A DNA stretch of 58,505 nt, filler included, from Sphacelaria rigidula (lineage: Eukaryota), in the NCBI GenBank assembly GCA_964200075.2. It is 8 parts of 8 records of this genome, joined end to end, with 100 filler letters (N's around TTAATTAATTAA, not from the genome) between each part and the next. Parts side by side here need not be neighbours in the genome. Positions count along the whole stretch, not along the records: positions 1 to 7,226 come from CAXNAA020015871.1; positions 7,327 to 14,552 come from CAXNAA020015872.1; 6 more parts are not named here. One strand, written 5' to 3'. Shown one piece after another: positions 1-13,195 of the stretch. Under the pieces are notes generated by a model. It did not search any database, was not told the origin of the DNA, and was given only the letters and a program-made list of their open reading frames with translations. Position numbers and translations under genes: made by a program. Numbering within the stretch: the first letter of the stretch is position 1; every line of letters starts with the position of its first letter.

Positions 1-76
1 CGGCTGATGCACCCACATACACCGAAAGTTGTAGACTGGTGCCCAGAATAAATGGGACGACAACACAACACAACAC
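1..76 (+). mobile_element. tRNA-derived SINE family A, 3' end fragment
   Basis: cggctgatgcacccacatacaccgaaag...cccagaataaatgggacgacaacac matches the 3' ends of the copies at 21349 and 22917. Confidence 0.8.
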
Positions 77-1412
77 GTTTGATGGGGAAACCTGCAGGCA
101 ATCGCTGAGAACAAAGCCCCGTCACGAAAGCTGCCGTCTTCAGGTTTCCAGCTTCCATCCTGAAGCTTCTGAAAGGTTCCCATCCTGAAGAATTTCCATC
201 CTGATCCTGGTGAAACTCATTTTTGAATAATCAAATAATCGTCCATGACCCCGTACCAGCTGACAGGAAGTTTTTCTCAAATTTTTCCGGAAAGCAGGCG
301 CCGGTCCTGACATTCCCACGTTCCGGTTCGCGTGTAGGTTCTGGTACCGGGTTCGGGATGTGTAGCACGCTATCCGATCTCACACTGTGGCAGACGCCCC
401 CATATCGGAGGACATACAAAGGAGCAGAGTCATGGCTATCACCAAGAAGACGTTTATCGACCCTCCGCCGATCAATGAATGCCTGGCCACGATCCTCTTC
501 GTCGTGAACATCTTCTTGCCAGGTAATGCGATCTTCACGACGGGAACCGCATGAAAGTACCAGTCCGTAAGTACCTGCATCCCTGATGGTCACGTTCTGC
601 CCTGTACCTTTCCGTCGCGACTGTTATTGTATCTACACTGTGATTTTCTCTCGTTGTGCAACTAGTGCCACACAGCTTTCTCGGGGTTGGAATAAGGCTT
701 GTCAAGCTGTTCGCGGTTGTCCTGTGCTTCGCCGAAGTGCGAACATGATTCCTTTGTGAGCGTGCGTGAACGAAGCATCTGGACCATGTCATTCATGAAA
801 CGGCAGCACTCGCTGCATGTCAACTTTACCGTTTTCAGGACGATACGGCATGTACCGGACTGGCTCTCTCCCATCTGTCCCGCCTTCGCGTGCACAGATC
901 ATGGCCCTCCCAAATTCCCAAAGCGTTACTACAGACAGTACGGTCTGTGGTGTCCAAGAGGTTACACATGTTCCACATGTCCATACCGGTAGTTCACATG
1001 TATGGCCTGTAGCATTGGGGTATCGGCAGCCGAACAGTAATTTTCTCCTCATTATGTCGACAGTGCTGTTGTAAGTACTGCACTCTAGAGACAATAGTTT
1101 GCTCGTACCACACAGGCACGATATTAGTCACGGGCCTTGCCTTGTCTCCGAAAATTAAAAATTTCGCGCGAATATCGGAACGGTTTTTAATGTGAAGACA
1201 ACAACAACAACAACCAGACCCGATTTTTTACGTCAGCTTCTGTCGTAATAACTTCCGAGCTCCCCATCAGGACATCGAATAAACCGCAACGAACTCCAAG
1301 GTACCCTGACATTAAATGCCACAGCGCATATCATTTTTGAGCTGGCCTGGTGATGGCACCGGGTCGTGCATCCTGGCATTTTTTGCTCGTGATGTCCAGC
1401 ACCTTTGGTGAT

Positions 1413-1413
<1 letters not shown>

Positions 1414-1484
<71 letters not shown>

Positions 1485-1532
1485 CACAGTTTCACAGTTT
1501 CACAGTTTCACAGTTTCACAGTTTCACAGTTT
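1414..1532 (+). repeat. (CA)n microsatellite followed by (GTTTCACA)~6
   Basis: Seen directly. Confidence 0.97.
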
Positions 1533-1826
1533 TCCCGGGGCTGGTGCGATCATGCGAGAGGGCTTCGGCTGTGTTCGAGAAGCCTCTGTTGAGAATTGTT
1601 TGGTTGGGTTCATTTGGGTTCACACAGCAGTACGGATGAGCACGTAAATAAGTTGCCGTGAGCCCCACGAATCTCACCACGAGTAGTGTCGTTCACGACG
1701 GCGAAGTCGGAACGATGACTCTCCGGCAGCAGAGCACTTGATGTGAGCAATGTGCTGCACGCCGATGCGCCGCGTTGTCCACGTGTCTCCGTATATTTTG
1801 GTTCTGTTGTATGAACATAAGGAAAG

Positions 1827-2171
1827 TGTGTTGTCATTCCATCTATTCTGGCCGCCAGTTTACCTTTCGGTATTCGTGTGTGAGCGCATGAGCCGGGGTT
1901 ACACGAGGAAGGCTAAGATTGGAGTTTTTCCTTTCATTTCTGCGCGAAGTACTTCATCTTCCTTCGGCGGTGCTTCCCTTGTGAGGGGTTCAGTGGTTTA
2001 TCTCCCTCGTCGACCGCGAAGGTGATTTTGTGTATGCACGACATGGTCGCTCTCAACTGCCTGAGCTTTGTGCGAGAAAAATCCCAAATCGTGTAATCGT
2101 GTGACTACACCGAGATCCGAACCCACTGCCCAGCCACCGGAAGGATTCGAGGTTACTGACTAGGGCGGGGG
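1827..2171 (-). mobile_element. tRNA-derived SINE family A, near full length
   Basis: Reverse complement is co-linear with 22917-23282 (gtaacctcgaa head, GGTTCGGATC B box, ggtcgacgaggga core, ccagaatagatgg tail). Confidence 0.8.
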
Positions 2172-2852
2172 CTTATCAGAAGTGGTTATCGCTTTTCAAG
2201 AAATCACGATTTTGAAAAACAAGCGATGATTGATTGCTGCGATACCACCCCCCATCCTCCCAAACAGTGCCAAAAAATCACTTTCGCAGAAGCGATTTTG
2301 TGCCACCTCGAACGGGAACATGAAACGTCCCGTTGACAGGGGGTGTGACCGAAAGGCTTGACGGACAAGCCAACACGATCAAACGTGAACCTGAGGGTCG
2401 CATTACTCTCGCAAACCAAAACACACCGATCACTCATTGCTGCTCATCAACCGAGCATGCTCTGCGTGACCTCGCTCAAATCGGTTCAAAATTCAGTTAC
2501 GATTCGCGCGAGATGCGAGCACAGCACACGCTCACAGTCAGCAACGGCATGTTTTCGGTTGCTATTTGACACGCACCCGGCCGCCTTTCATCCAATACTG
2601 TGTGGATTACCGTCTAACAAAGACTGCCGTGTAGATAACTGAGAGCTCGCGCTTGAGCTAATACGCGTGAGTGGCGGGTTTTCGTGGCTAGGTGTGTCGG
2701 CGCCGTGTTACCTCGTTGCGTCTTGTCCGCAGCAGTACAGAGATATTGGACTAACGGCCACTTCCAGAACCGCCGCATTGTTGTACCTGGGCTTCGATCT
2801 GGACAAAACTGCTGCGAGATGGGCCAGCCGAGAAGCGATTCTGTAGTTTGGA

Positions 2853-3136
2853 GGCCCATTATATGGCCAATATTTAGAACTGGACCCTGAAATTTGGAAT
2901 GGACAATAAATAGGGCATAATGAGAAAAGTTACTAGTGTACAGAAGACAAAAAAAATCCATGAGTTAGGGGCATTTGACCGATATCTGAAAACTGATCAT
3001 TGCCCTTAACTCATGATAAAAACAATAAAAAAAACTTGTGTGCACTAGTGGGGTTTTTCATCATGTCCTATTCGTTGTCCATACCAAATTCCAGGGTCCA
3101 ACTCTAAGTATTGAAGTTTTAGGCGTATAATGGGCC
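2853..3136. mobile_element. Foldback MITE
   Basis: Nested inverted pairs: ggcccattata/tataatgggcc, ggaccctgaaatttgg/ccaaattccagggtcc, catgagttaggggca/tgcccttaactcatg. Confidence 0.8.
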
Positions 3137-6000
3137 GTTTAGTGATGGGGTCAGAAGAAATTCGGAACAGTATTTTACAGGCCACTTACCGGCCCACGTT
3201 TGGTGTTTGTGTATTGAAAATTTTCGTGGGCCGTGGCTAGGTCATAATTGACGAAACAAAGCGGATCAGGTTGATTTTTTCTTACTTTTTCACTGGTTTA
3301 GGGCGTTTTAGTATGAAAACCGCCATTGTTTCACGAGAACGCCCGAACGTTTCCCCCCCCAAAAAAAACTGAGGGCCCTTTTTTTTTTTTCAGCACACCT
3401 CTGGATCTTTATCCCGAGTTTCAATTACAACTATAAAAACTGAGATGAGGCCCTAAAGCGGTGTTCATTTCTCCTCAAAACTGCCCCAAAACCCCGAAAA
3501 AAATGAAAAAGCTGTGTTCATAAGCTTTATTTTACACTAGCGGTTCTCGATACGAAATTTTATAGCATAGCTCTCAAAGACTGAGACGCGATATCCAGGT
3601 TTAGATAATCTAGCGCATCTGCTCGTAATATACTGATTTCAGTATGAAAAGTCATGTGCGCCATATCTCGAGATAGGTTACGAATTAGGTGAAGGTGAGG
3701 GTATCTATCGTCTCCCCGTGCTCCAGGGTATGTCCACACCAAAATTCGTCGTCATCCGCTGAATGCATCGATCGGGGGTTTCGTGGAGATTTTAGTATGG
3801 ACGTTATCTTCCTTAGGTAAAGGGAGTACCAGATATAGGGTTTTATCAACGAGAAAATATGGGCCCAAAATTTTGAGCAGATGGGCACCTTCCCCTCGGT
3901 TAGACGATTATTATAATATGCAGATCATAACCCAACTCGTCCCTGTCGACGAGATATTGCTTTGAATCCGTGTCTGGGCTGGCCCAGCTCGTAGTCGGTA
4001 AGACTCAGCACAAGTCGTAGAGAGGGTGATCACTTCTCCAAAAATCATTTTTTGAAAGTGATAACACCTAATGAGACCCCGCCTGTATCACAATGAAGCA
4101 CCCCCATCACTTCGATATGATATCGACATTTTCAGCATTCGATATCGAAAAAAATTCAAAAAATTCGGCGAAGCTGAACTGCGAGCGCGGCGAGCGGCCT
4201 CGCGCACAAAGCGGACACGACTACACTCGCCCGCTCACCGTGCGAGCCCCCGAAACCCCCCCCCCCCCCCGGCTGGAGAAGGGGATTCGCGGGAGGTGCC
4301 GCCGGAGGCGAGAAAATTGGGGCATTTGGCTCCATTTCCCATCGAAATTGGCCTCCTGTATTCAAGGCCTTTCAGCCCAGGAAAAAGGGACGTTTCCGGG
4401 ATTTGAACAAAACCCAACCTTATCCATACTGCCCGCAGAAATATGATTACATTTGCGCCAAAGAAATCGAGCTCAGCCAAGAGCAGATTCGACAAAATAA
4501 AAAACATCCCCAGAACTCCTCGGGGCAGTTCCATCAAAGTCGGAAGCACAAAACATGCGATTCCGCAGATTGCGGATGGTTTGCCTTCGAGAATGTGCCT
4601 TGGGAACCTTCCAAGGGTTGGACAAATCAGTGATTCGTCTGTAAATTACTTGGTTTTAGTGTGATTCGAATCGTACGAATCAATCCCAACGCTTTGTTCT
4701 CAGCGTTGTAGCCCAGGTACACGTGGAATTGTGCAAACGTTGCGTGGATACCCCTTGGACCAGCGGTTAACTTTTTTCTCCCTGTTGGGCAATCAGGCCG
4801 AAGAAATCGTGGATTTGATTATTCGAACCCGTGATGATTCGTCTCAACCGTGGCACCTTCATCAAAATCGAAATATTTTGAAGGAGTGCAAATGCTCTCT
4901 CCGGCCGTGATATGCGGCCTCGCCCGTCCTCAAACATATCAAGAGGGATTTATGATGAACGGGAACGAACGGAGACCGAAAATTTTCGGGGAAGAAAAAC
5001 AGGGGATATTACGAATTGCTGCTGTTTCAAGTGAGCGAGACCATACATCACGATCGGAGAGTGCATTGTTTTTCCCCCGTGGGTATTTTGATGCGCACTC
5101 GTGAACGTTCCCCAAGGCTAAGACGGTGTCTTATGTCTTATCGAAATGTCTTGGTGTCGGAAAAGTGCGGTCGAATCGGATTCGCTCCTTGCTGATTCGT
5201 CCACGCTGTTCATTTCCTCAGATGGTTGAGAACATGGATGCCGTGGACGTACCGGGTACGAGCAAAATCGATTCCACCGTACGTTTTCGAGTCGAAAATA
5301 ATTTGATGAGACACGGCCTGGCAGTTTTTGTGACATTTCGCGTCATTACCGGAGTAGCGAGCACATGCTACCACATGCATCTTCCATTTTGACCAAAAGT
5401 TTGAGTCAATAGGTCATTGGATGGCATGAAGGCACCCCGGGCACCTTCCTCTGGATTGGATTGAATTCGAGTGTGCGATTTTGTGCACATCTTCTTGGCG
5501 TTCAGCTTACAGTAGACAGCATACCCTACGCAAACCCAGAGACACGAAAAAGAAAATTGAGAGCGCGTAAAAAACACACACATGACACGAGGAAAAGTCG
5601 AACGAGGAAAGAAAAGAGGCATGATTGGGACATACTACCGAGCAGAGGTGTGAGAAATTTCATTGTACCCTCAAAGTGGGGATGACCAACGAGCAAAAAT
5701 GCCTCCTTGATGAGGCATGTGCTTGCCCCAAGTTACGAGCAGAAAACGCCAACGCGAACAGCAAAACGAGTAAGAACCTAACAGTTACACCTCACACGAG
5801 CTATATCATGAAAAATCACTCAATTCATCGGGTAAGAAGACAGCGTGTACCGTATCGTTATCGTTATCGTTTTATCGAACTGTATTCGACACGATAACGA
5901 TATTACGATACGATATATCGAGCCTTTCGATGCGATATCCAACAGTATTTTGAAGAGTTGACTGCTTCACGACCAACCTCACCATCACAAGAAATCGCGC

Positions 6001-6468
6001 GCTTTAGGCCGCTTCTTATAGTCAGAATACAGCCTCTCTGGGAGCTGCTTTTCTTTTTAGCCTTTCATGGCGGACTTTTGGTGAAATACAGACCTTGCCG
6101 GAGTGGACCTCGTCTGGAAGATTTGCTATGCTTTCGAAGAGGGCTCTTGCGTCCAGTTTTACTTTCGGCCGGATTCCTGATTTTTTTCAGTCGCCTCTAT
6201 AATCTTCGAGCTGTCGGGGGGAAAGTACGTTCTTTTGTTTGAGATTGTTGGAGCGACTGAAAAAATGAGGAATCCGGCCAAGAGTAAAACTGGGCGTACG
6301 GAGAATCGGGGAAGTGAGTTAGAATCCCATATGAAAGCCCAGCAAAAATTCAGAGGAAACCCAAACCTCCAAGGCCCGTATTCCGCCAAAAATCCGCCGT
6401 GAATTAATGACTCAAAATTGGCAGTCCTCAGAGAGTCCGTTTCTTAATACAAGAAGCGACCTTGGGGC
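6001..6468. mobile_element. Foldback MITE (imperfect ~470-bp palindrome)
   Basis: ccagttttactttcggccggattcctgattttttcagtcgc pairs with gcgactgaaaaaatgaggaatccggccaagagtaaaactgg; outer pair cgcttctt/aagaagcg. Confidence 0.75.
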
Positions 6469-6777
6469 ACGTTTTAACGAGACACGGAAAGTTAAGGCGC
6501 GACGTGAGATTTAGAGCGCTAATCGCTCAATTAGTGAATGAATCGTTCCACCTCCGAAATGCCCCTCCACAAGGCCCAATATGCTTTCTGTAGAAGCTCA
6601 CCACTGAGGCCCTTGATATTCCTTAGTAGGATATCGACGTTAACGGTAAGCACACGCCCCTGAGTCAGGCAAAGAAAAGCACACGGAATAGAAAATTGGC
6701 TCAAATTAAAGCGACTGATCAAAGCCACTCTCAATCAGCGCTCCATTTTACTTTTAATCTCTCTAAAAACGTTGTTT
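6467..6777. mobile_element. TIR MITE family B, diverged copy
   Basis: Co-linear with 39591-39889 (cccaatat...ccactgaggccct...aaagcacacggaat...aaagccactct). Confidence 0.7.
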
Positions 6778-7226
6778 CTGGCCGTTTCGGTGATTTTGTA
6801 CTTTTCTATTCTCCCGCTTGGTGAAGAAATGATGAGCTACCAATTGAAAGGACACAACGAAACTGCCAGGATCACTCTCACGGCGCGTTCCCACGTTTCT
6901 TGTTTGGTTTGATCCTTTTGGAACTCGGGAAAATTCATACAATCTCCCATGTGCGAGCTTCCGTCACGGGGAAAAAACTACGCCGAGTTCGGTGCACGAA
7001 TCTTTCACAGTAATACCTGACTGCTGCCGAGATAGCCCCCCCCGAACCGGCAAAAAAATGCCGGTAGAGCTGGTTTCGTGCTGCACGAAGCGACGCATTT
7101 GGGCGTCTTGGCTCATTTCGGACTGCTACACGCCGGTCATGTGGGCAAGGTTGCTGCAAACGAGCCCTATCGTGTGATCGCAGCCGGTTTGTCGGACGGT
7201 CTCCGGTGCAATTTTTGTGGGGGGGG

Positions 7227-7326
7227 NNNNNNNNNNNNNNNNNNNNNNNNNNNNNNNNNNNNNNNNNNNNTTAATTAATTAANNNNNNNNNNNNNNNNNN
7301 NNNNNNNNNNNNNNNNNNNNNNNNNN
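7227..7326. other. Artificial contig linker (N44-TTAATTAATTAA-N44)
   Basis: 100-bp spacer with stops in all six frames; recurs at ~7325-bp intervals. Confidence 0.98.
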
Positions 7327-7384
7327 AGTTCTCGACAGATACCGCGACACACGCGCAGCGGGTGGGTGCTCCACATTGCAGCAT

Positions 7385-7930
7385 GGAGGCACCCCCCGTG
7401 CGCCACGCCAGCAACAGTTAGGTCACCACAATGGGTATTTTTTTTCACTCCGCATGGCAAGAAGGTCTCCGCAAGCGTTTGCTGGCATGTGTGTGACAGA
7501 GAACAGTAGCGGTGACGGAAACACCGCCCTGTTTTTCAACGACGTGTTCTGTAGGGCACAGAGGCGCGCCCTCTTAAAAAAGAGAGGCAGAGAGGGATCG
7601 ATCTTTGCATCGGTAAGCTTCACAAACAAGAAGAGACGACACCCGTGGGCACCTCGATGCCTTTCGGGGGGCTGTGCAGCAATAACCTGCCTACCGGCAT
7701 GTGGGAAATTGGGTACATGCTGATAACATGCATGGTGCTAGGCTCTCAAGAGATTGGGAATCGCCGAGCAAGGACACACAGAGGACACGGGTGAGAAGCG
7801 TTTTCTCTGCTGTTACTCCTCCGGTGGTATCGTCATCGACACGCGTGTACACCGCATTCGTTCGGTGCACCTAGCCACAACTGCTTAACTGCTGCAGAGT
7901 TTGGGGAGGGGAGATGGTTTGCCTTGGTGT
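7385..7930 (+). repeat. Dispersed repeat, copy 1 of an unclassified element
   Basis: Co-linear with 8800-9490 (ttttttcactccgcatg, agagaggcagag, tcgtcatcgacacgcgtgtacac, gttcggtgcacctagccaca). Confidence 0.85.
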
Positions 7931-8799
7931 AACGTTATGACGCCATTCCAGCAAAATAGTTCAGGCGCTTATACCCCATTTGAGTGTCCAACCTCATTCC
8001 GTAGGGTCGGCTGTTTATGGATGGCCACTGCTAGAATACTAAATTGAATAAAAAACATTGATCAGTACATTCATGTATATAGGGTTAGGGTTGGATTAGG
8101 CTGCGGTATAAGAGGGGCCTGTGGACAGCGGGCCAGCCTTATCTAACCCAAGGACGGTGGGTGTATGTAGGTATAGTATCTTCTCACTCAGTGGACTTGT
8201 ACGTGGGGAGCTTGCAGGGCATAGCTCGGGACGAGAGATGGACTGACCAGGGTGGGCGTGTGACTGACGCGCCCAGAGTGAGGAGTATGACGTTAGCCCA
8301 GACAGGGATTGGAGGATGACGGTCCCTGGGCCGACGGGCCCGGGGAGACGGTCCGGTTTGACATGCCCGGGTGATGAGTAAGCGGGTCGGGTCATATAGA
8401 GTGTCAATCCCAGCGGTTTGGATTACTATTTTTGGACAAGGGGAAAGCAATATGATTACCCTTCTCCTTTACAAGGCTTGTACAATCGAATTGCTACATA
8501 CAGACAGTGAGTGCATGCAGCAACGAAATTTCAGTTATCATTCGGGCTTGACGTACTGGCGACTACTGTTTGTACGTTGCTCGAAAGCTATTTTCAGGCA
8601 AAGCCTTCCTAGGCAGCGCTTAACGGCATGGGTCACGAATGCAATGGCAGGTGGTTAATCATAGAATACCCTTGTTCCGAATCATCTCTCGCGTCAGCTT
8701 AGGATGGCTCTCCTCGCATGGCAATTGTTTGCGACAGACACCAACATAAACACATCCTGCTGAGCACGCGGTTGTTTGTACGCAAAAAAGCTCGGATTA

Positions 8800-9490
8800 G
8801 AGGATGCTTGGGGTCACGGCAGCAAGAGTCAAGTCACCCCAAGATGTATCTTTTTTCACTCCGCATGCCAAGAAGGTCTACACGAGTGTTGAATCTCTCA
8901 TACATTCCCCCAACTGGCATGTGGAATACTGTTGTCCTTGCTATGGAGGCGTCGGGTGGAATCTACGATTACGAAAACACCCTTCAGTTTACGATTATTA
9001 GGTCTTGGCGAAACGGCGCAACCGTCCTTGATCGCATGTGTGTGTGAGCGAACAGTAGCAGTGACAGAAATATCGCCCTGCTTTTCGAGGACGTACTATA
9101 CTGCGCACAGAGGCACGTCCTGTCCAAGCAGAGAGGCAGAGACGAATCGATCTTTGCATTGGTCAGCGCCACAGACAGGAGACGACAACCGTGAGTATCC
9201 CGCTGTTGTTTCTGGGGCTGTGCTACACTAACCTGCCTGCCGACACATGGCACAACTTGGGTATATGATGGTAACATGATCTCAATCTCTTGAGCGATTA
9301 AGAATCGCCGAACGAGGACACACAAAGGACACCGGCGAGGAGCTCAGTCCTCTCCGCCTTGCTCTTCTCTCTGGTGATATCGTCATCGACACGCGTGTAC
9401 ACTGCATATTCGTTCGGTGCACCTAGCCACACCTGCTTAATGACTGCTACAGACTTGTTTCGGTGTGGGGGGGGTGCTTTTCCTTGGTGT
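8800..9490 (+). repeat. Dispersed repeat, copy 2 (about 140 bp longer)
   Basis: Same blocks as copy 1 plus an extra segment at ~8893-9032. Confidence 0.85.
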
Positions 9491-9524
9491 GTGTACCTGT
9501 TTCGTATCATATCCCTGAGAATTT

Positions 9525-9636
9525 ACGGGTGGCTACTGGGGTGCCTGTGACCTCAAATTTGGACGTTACAGATGTTGCACAAGGTCTGTAAGTAACGGTC
9601 AAATTTGAGGTCACAGGCACCTCAGTGGTTACCCGT
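9525..9636. mobile_element. Short hairpin / mini-MITE
   Basis: ggtgcctgtgacctcaaatttg pairs with caaatttgaggtcacaggcacc; outer pair acgggt/acccgt. Confidence 0.85.
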
Positions 9637-9850
9637 GTTTGTTATGTCAATTGGACCTCATTTTAGTGTCCAAGGCCATTTTTGAAAATCGGTTGTTTTT
9701 TTGTAGTGAATAAGGTCACGTAGGCCTGAGCGAATCAAATATACATTGGAGAATGTTCTTTTTTCCCGGTCGGACCCGGGAGGTATTGGACCATGTATGT
9801 CGTTCAAGGAATTAAGACTTAGCCGTCAGCAAGGAGCTATGCAATTTTTT

Positions 9851-10261
9851 ATCGAATATGCTTACACTCAGTCGTGAGAATAATCATGACATGTAGGATA
9901 CTGTGTGCATCTTGGATTGCGTGATATGATACAAGGGCTATGTGGATGGAATAGCCGGGATGTAGAGGTGTTGGAGTATTCCGTACAGGAGGCGCTTCAT
10001 CGGATTGTGTAGTATGACGCTTTCCTGTTGTTATTGTATGTGGTGTGGCAGACATCTGTCACCCCCCCCCCGAGTTCAGTTCTTCACTAGTTCTTCACTA
10101 GCTCTTCACTAGTTCTTCTGTTCTCCAGTAGTTCATGTTTTATATCGGTTTTATGTGAGTCAACGTGGGGTAAGGTATGAGGTGATATGGTAAAGCAATA
10201 ATAATGGAGAGATGATGAGAAAAGGGGTATAATCGCCGCCGATGTAACGGGCTTCTTCTCA
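9851..10261 (-). repeat. Direct terminal repeat (pLTR-like), copy 1
   Basis: Near-identical to 12654-13050. Confidence 0.95.
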
Positions 10262-12653
10262 CGCTAGCGAGAGTCGACAGGTGTAAGTCTCGTGAATGAG
10301 GTGAGCCATGTGTTGGTTAAGGAGATACTGTTACTGGAGAGAAGAAAGAACAAAATGGACGGCCGACGGCTGTTATTGCCCGGGATGCGAGAAGTTACGG
10401 ATACAAGAATAGGCTGTGAGAGTAATGCCGAAGTCTTCGGAGCGGCTGTGGGAGGTGGTGAGATATGAACTTGAGAAGTACGACAGGTGGTTGGAAATAA
10501 GAGAGAGGGAGAGAGGCAACGGGTGGGAGAGATTAAGAGAAGACGGGCGGAGTTTGAGAGAAGGGAGAAAGTACGGGAGGATATCGAGAGAATTGAGAGA
10601 ATGCTGGAGAAACTCAAGAGGGATCAGACCCCAACGGAAGTCCTGAAATAACGGACGGTTTTCTTGGAAAGCAGTCGTTCATTGTAACGGTTATAAAGCG
10701 TTAAAGCAAGGAAAATCCGATTTTGAACAGGGAAAGATGTACTACGATGCCCTTGAATACTATTTTACATGTTTCATTCCGAGCGATGTTCCCCAAATAC
10801 CCCCATAGTTGTCACTAATCCTATCTAAGGGGGAGGGTGCCAGCGCTTTCCGTCGCTCGATCAGACCCCGTTTGGGACCGTCAGGAGGGATATTCAAACT
10901 ACAGCTGATGCGGGTTCTAAATTTAAAGAAACGGCTCGGATTTTGCAAGCGCGTTGCACTACAGTAGTATTGTTCGACAGCCTCACCGCGAAACCGGTTC
11001 TGAACACAGCCACGGCGGAAGTGGCCATACAAGGCGTGATAGCTGGTTCAGACTGGATGAAGCGCCTCGCGTAGGCACTACTGGCGAAGCAACCCCAAGC
11101 GTGGGACTAACCCTTACCCCTGTTGTGTGTGTCTGCAGCTTTATTGTGGGGCATCCATTTTATCCAACTAACGACTGTACTGTAGTGGTGCTGTACTCTG
11201 ATGTGCTGGTATATCTTAGCAGATTGCTGAATGATGGTGCGTTTCAAAGATCGCTGGCGTCTGTCGCCGCATTGGATCATTTCGCAGACGGCGGTCGTCG
11301 CCGGCGCAACAGTATGAAGTCTCTCTCAGATACTCAACAAGAGGCGCTCGAAACCTCGATGACGAGTCCAAAGAAGCATGTTTTCAGCATGTTTTGTTAC
11401 GTGTTTCGTAGCGCTTAGACGCAGGTCCTGCTCAAAAGATGCCGCACAATGAGTCATGGCGGTTTTTCTGTTGGACTGCTCATCATCATACTTGGGCTGC
11501 CGTGCAGAAACTTCTGGGTTAGGGTTACATGGTCGAAACCGGTTGCGAATTCCGAGCTTTTTGGACAAAACGAATAAAATTTCGATGGTCAGTTGAACCT
11601 CAAAAACAAATCCAGGCTGTTGAATGGAGTTTTGCGATGTGTATGGTGGTTACAGGAGTAATGCTCGAGAGATTCGTCGACTACCGCACTGGTATGGTAT
11701 TTCGTTTGATGTGACAGTCAAGTTGGAGACAAAATTGCCGTTTCTGTTTAAGGTACGGAAATGGAGTTGATGCTTTTTCACAGGGATAATGAAGTCGGAA
11801 GCAAGATTATCGGGACTATTTCCGGTAAAATAGTGCAAGTGGACGAATTATCGTCGATGATCGATCTGGTCAGATATTGAGGTTGGACGCAGAAATTTCG
11901 GGATTGTTTTTATTCGTTTGAAGAATTTGAGTGATTCATGGCGGACACTTTTCCGCAGATTGTCCATGAGGATTGAGTCGAGAGATATGTGCCAACACTG
12001 AGTACATGATCAAGGCATTTAGTGTAGAGGTAGCGTAAGGGGGGCAATATTGTGTGAACTGAATATGACTTGCGATTTTATGACGACGGAAATGCGTGTT
12101 ACTGTATTCACGGGGAGGCAGAATAAACTGACATCGTTGATAAAGTCAGGGGAGAATTGCTTTTGATGTAAGGCTGGCGTTTGATACTACCCCAATATGA
12201 ATTTTATTTGAGTCTGAATAGGAACTCGGATTGGCACCGTAGTACTATCACGGTAAGATCGAGGAAGCTAAGCTGCTTCGCATTGGTTACCTAGTATGAT
12301 TATCCTTGATCAGATATCGGGGGGGGGGGCGAGATGTTGAACCTGAATGAAGATTGATGATCATGGTATGATATTGTAGTTACCTGAGCAAGAAAATTGA
12401 AATAAACCATGCAATACGAGGGTTCAGTGTTTGAGCGTTGAATTCTTCTTTACTGTAGGCGAATTAGTAACACTTATGTGTGGGTAAGAAGGTTATTCAC
12501 ACATGTTGGGTTCACGTTTTCCTTTTTATCTCCAGGTAGTAAAGGCTTGGGTATGTATGTGTGACTTTGTGGAGTAGTTCTCAGTATATCAGCGACATCA
12601 TCCTTTGGCATTGCGCTTTCGAGATCACGACTGCGTCGTAACCAGGGGGGCTG

Positions 12654-13050
12654 ATCGAATATGCTTACACTCGGTCGTGAGAATAATCATGACATGTAGG
12701 ATACTGTGTGCATCTTGGATTACGTGATATGATACAAGGGCTATGTGGACGGAATAGCCGGGGTGTAGAGGTGTTGGAGTATTCCGTACAGGAGGCGCTT
12801 CATCGGATTGTGTAGTATGACGCTTTCCTGTTGTTATTGTGTGGTGTGGCAGACATCTGTTAACCCCCCCCGAGTTCAGTTCTTCACTACTAGCTCTTCA
12901 CTAGTTCTTCTGTTCTCCAGTAGTCCATGTTTTATATCGGTTTTATGTGAGTCAACGTGGGGTACGGTATGAGGTGGTGTGGTAAAGCAATAATGGAGAG
13001 ATGATGAGAAAAGGGGTATAATCGCCGCCGATGTAACGAGCTTCTTCTCA
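12654..13050 (-). repeat. Direct terminal repeat (pLTR-like), copy 2
   Basis: Near-identical to 9851-10261. Confidence 0.95.
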
Positions 13051-13195
13051 GTGTTGTCCGCGTAGTCAAGAATTTCCAAGACCTAGCCACGGTCAGGGGG
13101 GCTAATCGAGTACTGAGTGCTCGCACTAGATCCTGGGCATGTGTACAAGCGGTAAGATACTGTGCAACTGGGGTAGGATAGGCGTAACGGAATAA

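Larger units (their letters stand above)
9851..13050 (-). mobile_element. Decayed Penelope-like retroelement flanked by ~400-bp direct repeats
   Basis: Direct repeats at 9851-10261 and 12654-13050; minus-strand A-tract after the last repeat; minus-strand remnants KQLSFLDLTV (~12250-12280) and YQTP resemble the PLE reverse transcriptase FLDL...Y.KP motifs; no intact ORF. Confidence 0.5.

Noticed and set aside
231..1094. Retrotransposon pol remnant on the minus strand (LEC...RKLLFGCRY, YRPENGKVD)
   Set aside because: Resemblance to Gypsy RNase H motifs is too weak and fragmentary to call without a search
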